Of a stretch of DNA of 43,373 bases, positions 24,964 through 37,409 are shown piece by piece. The position numbers and the translations under genes are program-made. The stretch is from Nemertoderma westbladi (taxonomy: Eukaryota > Animalia > Xenacoelomorpha). Position 1 is the first letter of the stretch; each line of letters opens with the position of its first letter. The stretch covers positions 1 to 43,373 of the forward strand of contig JAUCBJ010007441.1 in assembly GCA_032718475.1 (NCBI GenBank), read 5' to 3'. The notes under the pieces were generated by a model. It saw only the letters and a program-made list of their open reading frames with translations. It ran no database searches and had not been told where the DNA came from.

Positions 24964-26640
24964 CCGAGTCGAGCTAGCCGCTGGTTTTGTGCTATTTCTT
25001 TATAACTTACTTGTAAATCTTATAATTCTATACTATATTTAGGCTAACTAAGTAAATACGAACATTTTGCGGTTTTGAATTCATTTATGTTCCAATTTTA
25101 TTGCACCAAACGAGCGGTTATTAACTTGATAGTTTTATTTGTTTCATTTGCAATTTTAATGGCGTTTGTTTGAGTTTCCAGGTCTACTTTTGTGAGTTTG
25201 TGACTGTCGTATATATTTTTCTATATTATTAATTAATATATTTAATTAATTGAATAAATGAGTCTCCGCATCCATGATTGGGTTGGGTTTTGGATTGTTA
25301 TTATGTTTTTAGCTATGTCGTGTGTTTTATTATATTTTGACTTACAAACCAACAGACAAAATGGACATTCGGGCAGACAGACTCAGACAGCCAGACATCC
25401 TGGCTAGATATCGCATCATTACTGATACAGTAACAGAAATGAAATTATACCGATCACGAAAACCCCCGTGTAGCGAAAATTCCAGCTATGTGCTAACTTG
25501 AATGTGCTAACTTCAATTATTACATATCTGACAGAGAGACAGATAATTTTGTTCGTGAAGGTTCACATTTTAAACTCATTATATTCGGAATTATTATTTC
25601 TTGTTTTTGCGGCACTCGAAATGTTACTCTTCAGTTATTTTATAAACAAATTGGTTGAAATTTTCAGGGATTGGTCTTGACATATTGATTGGCCAATTTG
25701 TGTTTTGGTCCGATAATTTGAAAAAAAATTTAAAAAAATTATTTTTTTTTAAATTACACTACACACAAAATCTCAAAATTGTGTCTAGAAGTTTCATTGG
25801 TCAATATATCTAGACCATTAACTGATTGAACGAATAAAAACAACGGAAATGGGAGAAGGTTTTCACTTTCAGACATTCCCCCCTCTAGCGCCAGACTGGA
25901 TAACTGCAGATCCATCACCTCCCTCAAAAAGACGCAGCATGTGGTCTAGTACATATATTCCAAGATTCAGTTTAAACTGTGAGCCCTTTAGCGAGAGACT
26001 GTTTATAGCTCGCCCCAGACAGAACCAAGACAATTTTAAGCCTCACAAAACGCAGGTGTCTCCAAAAGATCCCTCCTCCCCCTGCCGCAGGGGCACGGGG
26101 CACGTAAGTTGATTCAATAAAATATATTGATATCTCACAAGTAGCACCTTCATAGACAGATAGACCATGACTTATTAGAGAATGCCGTTGAAACAAAACA
26201 GAAGGGCCCTTAAATGCTAGGCAACGGATAGCAGAAGCCAATGTTCTAAATATTCATTCCAGAAAATATAATTATTTAACATGAGGTGAACCAGTCAGAA
26301 TTGTATAAGCAAGGGGTTAATTTACTCCACTCGGCTACCTTGACTCAATTCGGCTACAACTATGCAGCTAGCCAGGAGGGTGAATGTTTTTTTTACAGAC
26401 AACCAATATAATCAACTGACCTTCACCAATAGGGTGAAGGTGAGTTGGTTGTCTGGCTTGGCTAGCTGTATAGCTGTCTGGTGTAGGTGTAGCCACAGTG
26501 GAGGTGAATGTACGGCTTACTGAGCGAAAGGGCAAGGAATCACAGACTGTCCTGTAGTAGTTTAGTTCTGTACTTCTTTCTGTACACACATGCAGTTTTG
26601 AGTTTGAGTAAATGAATTGAGTTGATAAAACAGTGTTCCA

Positions 26641-26687
26641 CAAGGTGTACTAAATAACTGAATAAAATAATTGTTTAGTACACCTTG
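26641..26687. repeat. 47-bp hairpin with 17-bp inverted repeats
   Basis: caaggtgtactaaataa / ttgtttagtacaccttg pair at 16/17 around a 13-bp spacer. Confidence 0.8.
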
Positions 26688-27017
26688 GTTCCTAAATTAG
26701 TTAGCCTATAAATATTATCAACTGTGAGAAAGGAGCAGGTCACAGTTGAAGGCTAGGGCTATTCAACGCAGCATGCACTAGGCCTATATCATAAAGATAG
26801 GCCTCTACTGCTCTACGTAGAGGTTATTCTATTTTCGGTAAAATTTCCTGTACTGATATCAGGATACTGGTAAGGTAACCCTCTGTAAGCTGGTAAGACA
26901 GTAAGACTACAGGACTATCCCTGTACAATTCTTCTGCCAGTCTGTTCCCCGTCGTAGTCTATGCTTTTAGTTAGACCTACACTGCTACAGGAAGTCTATA
27001 AATCGTTTATTTAATTC

Positions 27018-27806
27018 ATGATGATGGATGAAAGTTTAACTGCGGACGACAATGTCCCCCCTGCGGTCGAACCTTCTAGGGACCGTCGACGGGACACGGT
27101 GGACCTAACGGATTCATCCTTATTGGTCGACATATCGGACGCTCTGAGCGAGCGCGACAAAGTTAAGTTCACGGTGCACACCAAGACGACCTTGTCCGAG
27201 TTCCAACGTCCCGAGTTCTCGGTAGTCAGACAGCACGAGGAGTTTATCTGGCTGCACGACCGGTTTAGCGAGACTGCTGAGTACGCTGGGTACCTACTAC
27301 CGCCGGCGCCGCCACGGCCAGACTTCGACGCCTCCAGGGATAAGTTGCAGAAACTCGGGGAGGGAGAAGGCATTCTAACCAAGGAGGAATTCCAAAAGCT
27401 CAAACAGGAGTTGGAAGCGGAGTATCTGGCGACGTTTAAGAAGACCGTTGCGATGCACGAGATCTTTCTGCAACGGTTGGCCGGGCATCCGGTATTGCGA
27501 GCCGACGTTAATTACCGGGTGTTCCTGGAATACGAGAACGACTTGAGTGTCAGACAGAAGAACAAACGCGAGCGCTTGGGCGGTTTGGTGCGAACCATCC
27601 AGGAGTCTGTGGATAAACGGTTGGTCTCCTCACAGAACGACTCGGATGAGTTCTTTGAGACGGAGAGGAAGTTTCTTCTCGAGTTCCACGTGAAGGTTCG
27701 GGATGCTACGGTTCGAGCCGATAAAGTGGTTCGCGCGCAGAAGAATGTCGCGGAGAAGTACATAAAGATTGGTGGATGTGTAGCAGACGTTGGGGGTTTG
27801 GAGGAG
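27018..27806 (+). CDS. SNX6: Sorting nexin 5/6/32 family, exon 1 (PX domain and start of BAR), nested in DLST intron 5
   Basis: [21 protein letters not shown]...[15 protein letters not shown]...[24 protein letters not shown]...[18 protein letters not shown]. Donor GAG|gttagt, phase 0. Confidence 0.93.
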
Positions 27807-28182
27807 GTTAGTTTACTATACGAGTATCGCCATGGTTACTGTTGGCCATTTGTTGTACTTTCTCCTTCTTATGATATGACAGACATCCAATGTATTACGC
27901 CCGACATACTATTGTATCAGAACCTCATCACTTTGACTTATATACCGCGGTCGGTTTACTTTAGATATCATTAAATTTAAACCGATTCGGCTAATTTTTA
28001 ATGGTCCCGTTCTACCAATGATAGAAGTTACTTACAATATAGTTTCGAGTTGAACGCCGTCCTCTCACCTATTAATTGTACAATAACTAAATAATTGTTC
28101 TATCTCTACTCGAGGGGTTGAAGACCCCAGTAAATCTATGATAGACGTTGTAAATCTCTAATTGGTGGTGTACCAATAGGTG

Positions 28183-28713
28183 GCGGGGACATTCCGTCTC
28201 CATTATGGGGTGTGCGGGTACATCCCATCTCCATTATGGGGTGTGCGGGGACATTCCGTCTCCATTATGGGGTGTGCGGGGACATTCCGTCTCCATTATG
28301 AGGTGTGCGGGGACATTCCGTCTCCATTATGGGGTGTGCGGGGACATCCCATCTCCATTATGGGGTGTGCGGGGACATTCCGTCTCCATTATGGGGTGTG
28401 CGGGGACATCCCATCTCCATTATGGGGTGTGCGGGGACATCCCATCTCCATTATGGGGTGTGCGGGGACATCCCATCTCCATTATGGGGTGTGCGGGGAC
28501 ATTCCGTCTCCATTATGAGGTGTGCGGGGACATTCCGTCTCCATTATGGGGTGTGCGGGGACATTCCGTCTCCATTATGGGGTGTGCGGGGACATTCCGT
28601 CTCCATTATTGGGTGTGCGGGGACATTCCGTCTCCATTATGGGGTGTGCGGGGACATTCCGTCTCCATTATTGGGTGTGCGGGGACATTCCGTCTCCATT
28701 ATGGGGTGTGCGG
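28183..28713. repeat. 31-bp minisatellite, about 17 copies, in the SNX6 intron
   Basis: Unit gcggggacattccgtctccattatggggtgt, with starts at 28183, 28214, 28245. Confidence 0.95.
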
Positions 28714-28907
28714 TTGTGGTGACGATATATTCGCTATCAATTATTGATCGACGATATATCATGTGGATGTGGAATGAGATGAGACCTTCAAATATTATCA
28801 GAATCGTTTTAAATTTTTTAATTTAATTTTAAATTAAAAAAACGGAGCTGCGCCTCGTTGCCTCTAATTAATTATTAATTATAGTTTCTTATTAATTATT
28901 TAATTAG

Positions 28908-29345
28908 GCCGAGAGTCGGAAGAAGATTTATATAAAGTTCTCGGAGATTCTCGAGAAAGAACGTAAGTTGGAGGCGCGCGTGGCATCGGATGCGGACCTT
29001 AAACTCGCGGACACGCTGCGGTACTACATGCGGGATGCGCAGGCCGCGAAGGATCTCTTGTACCGCCGGCTGAGGAAACTAGCCGACTACGAGGCGGCCA
29101 ATAAGAACCTCGAGAAAGCGCGGGCCAAGAACAAGGAGATCCAGCAGGCCGAGGAAGCGCAGCAGTTAGCCGCCGACCAGTTCGAGAATATAAGTCGCGT
29201 TGCCAAACAGGAGTTGGTTGACTTCCGGAACAGGAGGGTGGCCGCCTTCAAGAAGAATCTCGTAGAGTTAGCCGAACTCGAGATTAAACATTCTAAGGCG
29301 CAGCTGCAGTTACTGCGCTCCTGTATCGATAACTTAAAGGCCTAG
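28908..29345 (+). CDS. SNX6: SNX6-like exon 2 (BAR C-terminal half); joined CDS is 408 aa
   Basis: taattag| phase 0, ...RKLEARVASDADLKLADTLRYYMRDAQAAKDLLYRR...FKKNLVELAELEIKHSK...stop. Confidence 0.92.
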   Translation, partial: AESRKKIYIKFSEILEKERKLEARVASDADLKLADTLRYYMRDAQAAKDLLYRRLRKLADYEAANKNLEKARAKNKEIQQAEEAQQLAADQFENISRVAKQELVDFRNRRVAAFKKNLVELAELEIKHSKAQLQLLRSCIDNLKA

Positions 29346-29647
29346 CGGTTCCATTCTGTTTGTCTTTAACCAGTCCAGAAGTGTCTGCACTAGCTTGTAC
29401 TCCCGCTAACTCCTCCCCATCCCCCCACTAAGCCCTCCTGACCCACTTTATTATGTTTCTAATATTTCTTTATTTGGGAAAATATTGATAATATCCACCC
29501 AGAATATTTATTATCGCGTTGTTTCGGGTTTTTATTGAAATTTGAAACAGCCAAATCATCTAATACGAACCGCCGAAGTCCTCTCTCTCTTGGCTGTTGC
29601 CTGTAAGGCAGGGCGGGCCCCAATATGTACCGTCTCTCTGGATCACT

Positions 29648-29699
29648 TGTTTACTTGTTGTCTATCATAAACTGTACTGGTTTCAGTTACCATAGCAAC
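29648..29699. promoter_or_regulatory. Forkhead motif plus consensus X-box, target unknown
   Basis: TGTTTAC at 29648-29654 and GTTACCATAGCAAC at 29686-29699. GGGCGG at 29611 and CCAAT near 29620. Confidence 0.45.
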
Positions 29700-30564
29700 G
29701 TAATGTCACGACGACTCTGGACTGGTTGCTAGACTACGTTGGTTTAATTCCATTAACTTTTATTACAACCTAAATTATGCATCTGTAGTGTAATTGATTA
29801 TAATTAACTAGTTACCGCCATTTATTATACCTTCACCTTCACTCAGATCGGTCTCAGTTATTTCACTTCGTTTAAATTATTTAAATAGTAAATTATAATT
29901 GAACCAAGGCCTTATTGATACGCCATTCATCCCATCGCGTTTATTTATTTATTTGATTCGCTTTGAAGTTAAAAAGCTTAAAATATTTTATGTTTGGGTA
30001 GATAAATAATCACTCGATCAAGTGAATTAATTCAACCCGGTCGATTGATTGGCTGCTTTTAATAATAATTCTAGAAATTACGTTGAAACACCATAGAAAC
30101 CAGGTAATATAACTTTCGCTATTATTATTATATTTTATACTAAATTTATCTACAAGTACAACAGTAACAATATGACAATCCATAAATAATATCCACCAAA
30201 AAGTTCTACCGTAACTTAATTCTACGACCATTTGGTTATACGCGGCAGAGTATATGGAATCTTATGTTACCGGTAGAGTCAAACATTGAGTTCATTGTGA
30301 TAAATATAATGTAAAAGTTAAATAATATTTATATCCAACTCAAATTATTTTGTGCTGCAAATTGATTAACTTTATTTGTTAATATAAATTAGAATTTTTA
30401 CATTAAATTAGTTGACTAAATGTTATCCGGCTTTGTGTTGTCGTTTCTGAGGCCCCCAATAAATTTATTTATTATCAATTATTATTGTAAAGGTGTTTGT
30501 ATAAGTTATTACAAGTTGTTTTTATTCCTATATCGCGTTCTCGATACATCCTAGTTTTCATAGT

Positions 30565-32512
30565 GCCACATTGCGTATACCTTTGATACACCCTGCGCCA
30601 CATTGCGTATAACTTTGATACACCCTGCGCCACATTGCGTGTAACTTTGAAACACCCTGCGCCACATTGCGTATAACTTTGATACACCCTGCGCCACATT
30701 GCGTGTAACTTTGATACACCCTGCGCCACATTGCGTGTAACTTTGATACACCCTGCGTCACATTGCGTGTAACTTTGATACACCCTGCGCCTCATTGCGT
30801 GTAACTTTGATACACCCTGCGCCACATTACGTGTAACTTTGATACACCCTGCGCCTCATTGCGTGTAACTTTGATACACCCTGCGCCACATTGCGTATAA
30901 CTTTGATACACCCTGCGCCACATTGCGTATAACTTTGATACACCCTGCGCCACATTGTGTATAACTTTGATACACCCTGCGCCACATTGCGTGTAACTTT
31001 GATACACCCTGCGCCACATTGCGTGTAACTTTGATACACCCTGCGCCTCATTGCGTGTAACTTTGATACACCCTGCGCCACATTGCGTGTAACGTTGATA
31101 CACCCTGCGCCACATTGCGTATAACTTTGATACACCCTGCGTCACATTGCGTGTAACTTTGATACACCCTGCTCCACATTGCGTGTAACTTTGATACACC
31201 CTGCGCCACATTGCGTGTAACTTTGATACACCCTGCGCCTCATTGCGTGTAACTTTGATACACCCTGCGCCACATTGCGTGTAACTTTGATACACCCTGC
31301 GTCACATTGCGTGTAATTTTGATACACCCTGCGTCACATTGCGTGTAACTTTGATACACCCTGCGCCACATTGCGTGTAACTTTGATACACCCTGCGCCT
31401 CATTGCGTGTAACTTTGATACACCCTGCGCCTCATTGCGTGTAACTTTGATACACCCTGCGCCACATTGCGTGTAACTTTGATACACCCTGCGCCACATT
31501 GCGTGTAACTTTGATACACCCTGCGCCACATTGCGTGTAACTTTGATACACCCTGCGCCTCATTGCGTGTAACTTTGATACACCCTGCGCCACATTGCGT
31601 GTAACTTTGATACACCCTGCGCCACATTGCGTGTAACTTTGATACACCCTGCGTCACATTGCGTGTAACTTTGATACACCCTGCGTCACATTGCGTGTAA
31701 CTTTGATATACCCTGCGCCACATTGCGTGTAACTTTGATACACCCTGCGCCTCATTGCGTGTAACCTTGATACACCCTGCGCCTCATTGCGTGTAACTTT
31801 GATACACCCTGCGTCACATTGCGTATAACTTTGATACACCCTGCGTCACATTGCGTGTAACTTTGATACACCCTGCGCCACATTGCGTGTAACTTTGATA
31901 CACCCTGCGCCACATTGCGTGTAACTTTGATACACCCTGCGCCTCATTGCGTGTAACTTTGATACACCCTGCGTCACATTGCGTGTAACTTTGATACACC
32001 CTGCGCCTCATTGCGTGTAACTTTGATACACCCTGCGTCACATTGCGTGTAACTTTGATACACCCTGCGCCACATTGTGTGTAACTTTGATACACCCTGC
32101 GTCACATTGCGTGTAACTTTGATACACCCTGCGCCACATTACGTGTAACTTTGATACACCCTGCGCCTCATTGCGTGTAACTTTGATACACCCTGCGTCA
32201 CATAGCGTATAACTTTGATACACCCTGCGCCTCATTGCGTGTAACTTTGATACACCCTGCGCCACATTGCGAATAATTTTGATACACCCTGCGTCACATA
32301 GCGTATAACTTTGATACACCCTGCGTCACATAGCGTATAACTTTGATACACCCTGCGCCACATTGCGAATAATTTTGATACACCCTGCGTCACATAGCGT
32401 ATAACTTTGATACACCCTGCGTCACATAGCGTATAACTTTGATACACCCTGCGCCTCATTGCGTGTAACTTTGATACATCCTTGCGCCACATTACTAGTG
32501 CCACATTATGTG
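30565..32512. repeat. 32-bp satellite, left block, about 61 copies
   Basis: Unit cacattgcgtgtaactttgatacaccctgcgc. Confidence 0.96.
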
Positions 32513-34954
32513 TCTGATTTATAGGCGCACAAAGGCGCACATCCGGTCTAACCGGCATATAATTGTTGTTAGATATCAGCACGAGACAGAAATTAAAATG
32601 AGCTACATTACTTTGCTAGATAAATTGTTTTAACTTCTAGTTAAATTAATTTTCTTAATACGATTTAATTAAAATGATTAAAATGTCTCTGGGCAATCTC
32701 GAGCTTCTCACTGAAAGGGAGACCATTGATCGAGAAGCAACTGTGGAGAAAGTAAATATTTCCTATATCCTTAATATACCCGAGTTCTGCGGGTGAGACG
32801 ACCATGCAGCTCACCATTATCATATCTATAATTCAATAGACTAAATAGCGATGGGAGACTATATAACTGTCGGGCAGATTCATATGTTTGACTTAGACCT
32901 GGCTGTTTCTTCTTCTTTGTGTATGAGTTGATCGATAGAAGAAAACGAAGACCTCTCTATAAGTGCAGTTTCGGACATAAAGTAATCCTTCTCAGCATGT
33001 TAAGACACCTATTGAAGACCATTTGCGACAAAGATGAGCATCCAAACACCATTTGCATAGTACCATTCGTGCAATAGTTAGATAAATACATGAGACGTCG
33101 AAGAATGTGGCGATAATGGCTGTCCAACTTTTCAATTGCTGATTGAGAGAGTGTGCCTAAATGAAAATCCAGGCCAAATGATAGCCAGGGAATACCTGCC
33201 ATGTTCCATAAATTCACGACGCAGCTTAATGGAAGTTGTCGGACAGACCAGCCTCGCTAATGGAAGATTGCTCCAGCCGCTGATATTTTCTTAATACAAT
33301 CATCCAAGAATTTCTTTTGCTTATGGTAAATCTTATACCCCAGAAATGTTAACTCAACTGATAAAGCAATCTCCGAACCTAGAATATTCAGACTGTTGCT
33401 GTTTGTGATATCAGTTTTAACCTCCCCATTGATTTCCATCAAGCTTGTTTTGGTCGGACTGATTAGTAAACCAAGTTTTCTTAGGGCTGCCGATAGGATT
33501 CCCATCATTGATTCCGCTTCCCAGGCATTGCGTGCAATTAACAGGATGTCATCGGCATAGTTGATGATAGAAAACTGCAATGTCCCAATCCTGTATCCCT
33601 GTCCAGAGTTTTCAATTGCGCTGATGGCATCCCCTATATAAGTGTTAAAAAGACAAGGAGACAACAGTGAACCTTGTTTTATGACGTTCGTAGCTTTGAA
33701 ACTGAACTTATCCACCTTTACACCAAACTTAAAATAGAGCTGGCTGCAGAGATAATACCTTAGAAGAACTCTACACACATGAGGGTTTACATGGTTCATG
33801 AGCTTCCCAAATAGAATTATGTAGTCGACAAGGTCAAAGGCTGAAATTATATCAGTTTGACACAAGATAATAGGGCTGTTTTGACTTCTGCTGTAATTTA
33901 TTATTTCATAAGCGATACCTATTGCCATGTCACACCCCATTCCCTTTTGATAGGCCATTGATGAATCGTGTGGCAGAATATTGCAGATGAAATCATTGAG
34001 ACGTATTGCTTCGAAAATTTTAGATAGGAGATTCACAGAGGATATTGGTCTTTATGAACTTGGAGATGAACGGTCTTTGCCTTTCCCTTTATAAATACAG
34101 GAAACAACGGTCTCACCAAAGGACTCGGGACAATGACCAATTCGCAAGGCTGTATTGAAGATCGTCTGCAGAATTGCAACAATTTAACATGGATCTAGGG
34201 CTAAGAGATGCTCAGCAACCATTGAGTTAAGATCTGGTGATTTGTTGAAGTGGAGGTTATGGTTCGCAGATCGGATACAGCTAGCTGTGATGTGTGGTGC
34301 ACCGGAATTTTGACATTTCTCATCCAGTTCTAAGATTATATCTGAAAATTCTTGTTCCGGGAGCTTGTTTAATTGTTTCGTAAAATTTGAACGTAGTGCA
34401 TCTTGAAGATGCCCACCATCAATATTCCGTTGTTTGGGGTCTGCTGTTTTCCAGAAGGTGCGTGAATTACTATTTTTCATCCGTTCCTGAAGATTTTCGT
34501 TTGTCCGGACCCTAAAAAGCTTATTCCTAAGTCTCCTAGTTGCTCTCCTTGCTTTTTTTTTATATCGCGTAAAATAGAATCGCTGTCTTGAGACCCATTC
34601 TTGACCCATAGCTGATAAAGCCCTTTTGTGTTACGTGAATAATCTTCTAGTTGGCTATTTCGTATTCTGATGTTCTTTACCTTCCGCCGAGTACTTCCAG
34701 TAGTAGGTAAATTTTTTTTTGGAAGAAGTTTACAATGCAGCTTGTCACTTGGTCAACATATGAATCTAACTGTTGGCATGTCCAAGTTTCTGGATTGGGG
34801 TATGAATGAGATATGTCATTGAGCTTACAATGTACAGATTCATTATATAGCCGTAACTGTTCAGTCGATGCCTTAGCCCAGTTAAACCTCAACTTTCTTG
34901 TACTCTGAACAGCTCCCCTCTTACCTGGTGGGAGACTTAAATTAAGTGAAATCG
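32513..34954 (-). mobile_element. 5'-truncated, frameshifted non-LTR retrotransposon (RT region) interrupting the 32-bp satellite
   Basis: DIISAFDLV, IKQGSLLSPCLFNTYI, NYADDILL, KTSLM, FLGY in ORF 33257-34036. Upstream pieces NKSPDLN.MVAEHL and FNWAKAS lie in separate ORFs broken by stops and frameshifts. The endonuclease is absent. Confidence 0.88.
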
Positions 34955-36860
34955 CACCCTGCGCCACATTGCATGTAACTTTGATACACCCTGCGCCACA
35001 TTGCGTGTAACTTTGATACACCCTGCGCCACATTATGTGTAACTATGATACATCCTGCGCCACATTGCGTATAACTTTGATACACCCTGCGTCACATTGC
35101 GTATAACTTTGATACACCCTGCGCCACATTGCGTGTAACTTTGATACACCCTGCGCCACATTGCGTGTAACTTTGATACACCCTGCACCACATTGCGTGT
35201 AACTTTGATACATCCTGCGTCACATTGCGTGTAACTTTGATACACCCTGCGCCACATTGCGTGTAACTTTGATACACCCTGCGCCACATTGCGTGTAACT
35301 TTGATACACCCTGCGCCACATTGCGTGTAACTTTGATACACCCTGCGCCACATTGCGTGTAACTTTGATACACCCTGCGCCACATTGCGTGTAACTTTGA
35401 TACACCCTGCGCCACATTGCGTGTAACTTTGATACACCCAGCGCCACATTGCGTGTAACTTTGATACATCCTTACGCCACATTGCGTGTAACTTTGATAC
35501 ACCCTGCGCCACATTGCGTGTAACTTTGATACATCCTGCGTCACATTGCGTATAACTTTGATACATCCTGCGCCACATTGCGTTTAACTTTGATACACCC
35601 TGCGCCACATTGCGTGTAACTTTAATACACCCTGCGCCACATTGCGTGTAACTTTGATACATCCTGCGTCACATTATTTGTATCTCCGATACACCCTGTG
35701 CCATATTATGTGTAACTTTGATACATCCTGTGCCACATTGCGTATAACTTTGATACATCCTGCGCCACATTGCGTGTAACTCCGATACACCCTGTGCCAT
35801 ATTATGTGTAACTTTGATACATCCTTGCGCCACATTACTAGTGCCACATTATGTGTAACTTTGATACATCCTTGCGCCACATTACTAGTGCTACATTATG
35901 TGTGACTTTGATACTTCCTTGCGCCACATTACTAGTGCCACATTATGTGTGACTGTGATACATCCTTGCGCCACATTATGTGTAACTGTGATACATCCTG
36001 CACCACATTAATGTGTAACTGTGATACATCCTACGCCACATTATGTGTAACTCCGATACACCTTGCTCCACATTGCGTATAACTTTGATACATCCTGCGC
36101 CACATTATTTGTAACTCCGATACAACCTGTGCCATATTATGTGTAACTTTGATACATCCTTGCGCCACATTACTAGTGCCACATTATGTGTAACTTTGAT
36201 ACATCCTTGCGCCACATTACTAGTGCTACATTATGTGTGACTTTGATACTTCCTTGCGCCACATTACTAGTGCCACATTATGTGTAACTGTGATACATCC
36301 TACGCCACATTATGTGTAACTCCGATACACCCTGCTCCACATTGCGTATAACTTTGATACATCCTGCGCCACATTATTTGTAACTCCGATACAACCTGTG
36401 CCATATTATGTGTAACTTTGATACATCCTGCTCCACATTATTTGTAACTCCGATACAACCTGTGCCATATTATGTGTAACTTTGATACATCCTTGCACCA
36501 CATTACTAGTGCCACATTATGTGTAACTTTAATACATCCTTGCGCCACATTACTAGTGCCACATTATGTGTAGCTGTGATACATCCTGCACCACATTATT
36601 TGTAACTCCGATACAACCTGTGCCATATTATGTGTAACTTTGATACATCCTTGCACCACATTACTAGTGCCACATTATGTGTAACTTTAATACATCCTTG
36701 CGCCACATTACTAGTGCCACATTATGTGTAACTTTGATACATCCTTGCGCCACATTATGTGTAGCTGTGATACATCCTGCGCCACATTATGTGTAACTCC
36801 GATACGTACTAGCGCCACATTGAATGTAACTTTGACATCCTAGCGCCACATTGCATGTAC
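34955..36860. repeat. 32-bp satellite, right block: homogeneous to about 35670, then degenerate variants
   Basis: Same unit as the left block. Distal copies carry tactagtgccacat insertions and tccgata variants. Confidence 0.93.
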
Positions 36861-37278
36861 TCCATCTATACTTCTAAATTTATAAGCTAGAGGACGAAAT
36901 GTCTGAAAGTAAAAACCTTATCTCATTTCGTTATTTGTTATTCTTTCAGCTGAAACTTGTCAGAAATACATTATAGACGATCCATTGTGAGCATCTTTGT
37001 TGGGAAGGTAATGCTTTGACAGTTTTCAGTCTACCGCTAGAGGGTTGAAATGTAAACATTTTAGAAATATCTGAAATGAAAACCTTCAGCCCTTTCGTAT
37101 TATTGTTTATAATAATTTCTTCCTGATTGATACCTGGCACATATATATTCTAGAACCCAGGTTTTTGTGTTGGCTTAAATCGACTGTTGTTACCCTGTCT
37201 GCTTCTAGGACACTTACATAAGTTTATATCACGTGCTGCGCGAAGGCCGTACCTATTACTAATTTATTTCTGTTACAG

Positions 37279-37409
37279 AAATCTAATAGCAATGCGCAAA
37301 ACTCACAAAGAATCCTTCTCCAAAAAACACAACGTTAATCTAAGCTTTATGTCGCCATTTATCAAAGCTGCAGCCCACGCCCTAAAAGATCAACCAATAG
37401 TAAACGCAG
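37279..37409 (+). CDS. DLST: DLST exon 6, catalytic domain; gene continues beyond the window
   Basis: ttctgttacag| phase 2 (AC+A = Thr), [43 protein letters not shown], donor G|gttagt. Directly continues exon 5 in the E2o consensus. Confidence 0.92.

Noticed and set aside
27807-27974. C-terminal part of the 318-aa SNX ORF
   Set aside because: Read-through into the intron; homology resumes in phase at 28908.
28180-35880. Many overlapping ORFs in the 31-bp and 32-bp arrays
   Set aside because: The same peptide cycles through all three frames because the units are not multiples of 3; no domain similarity.
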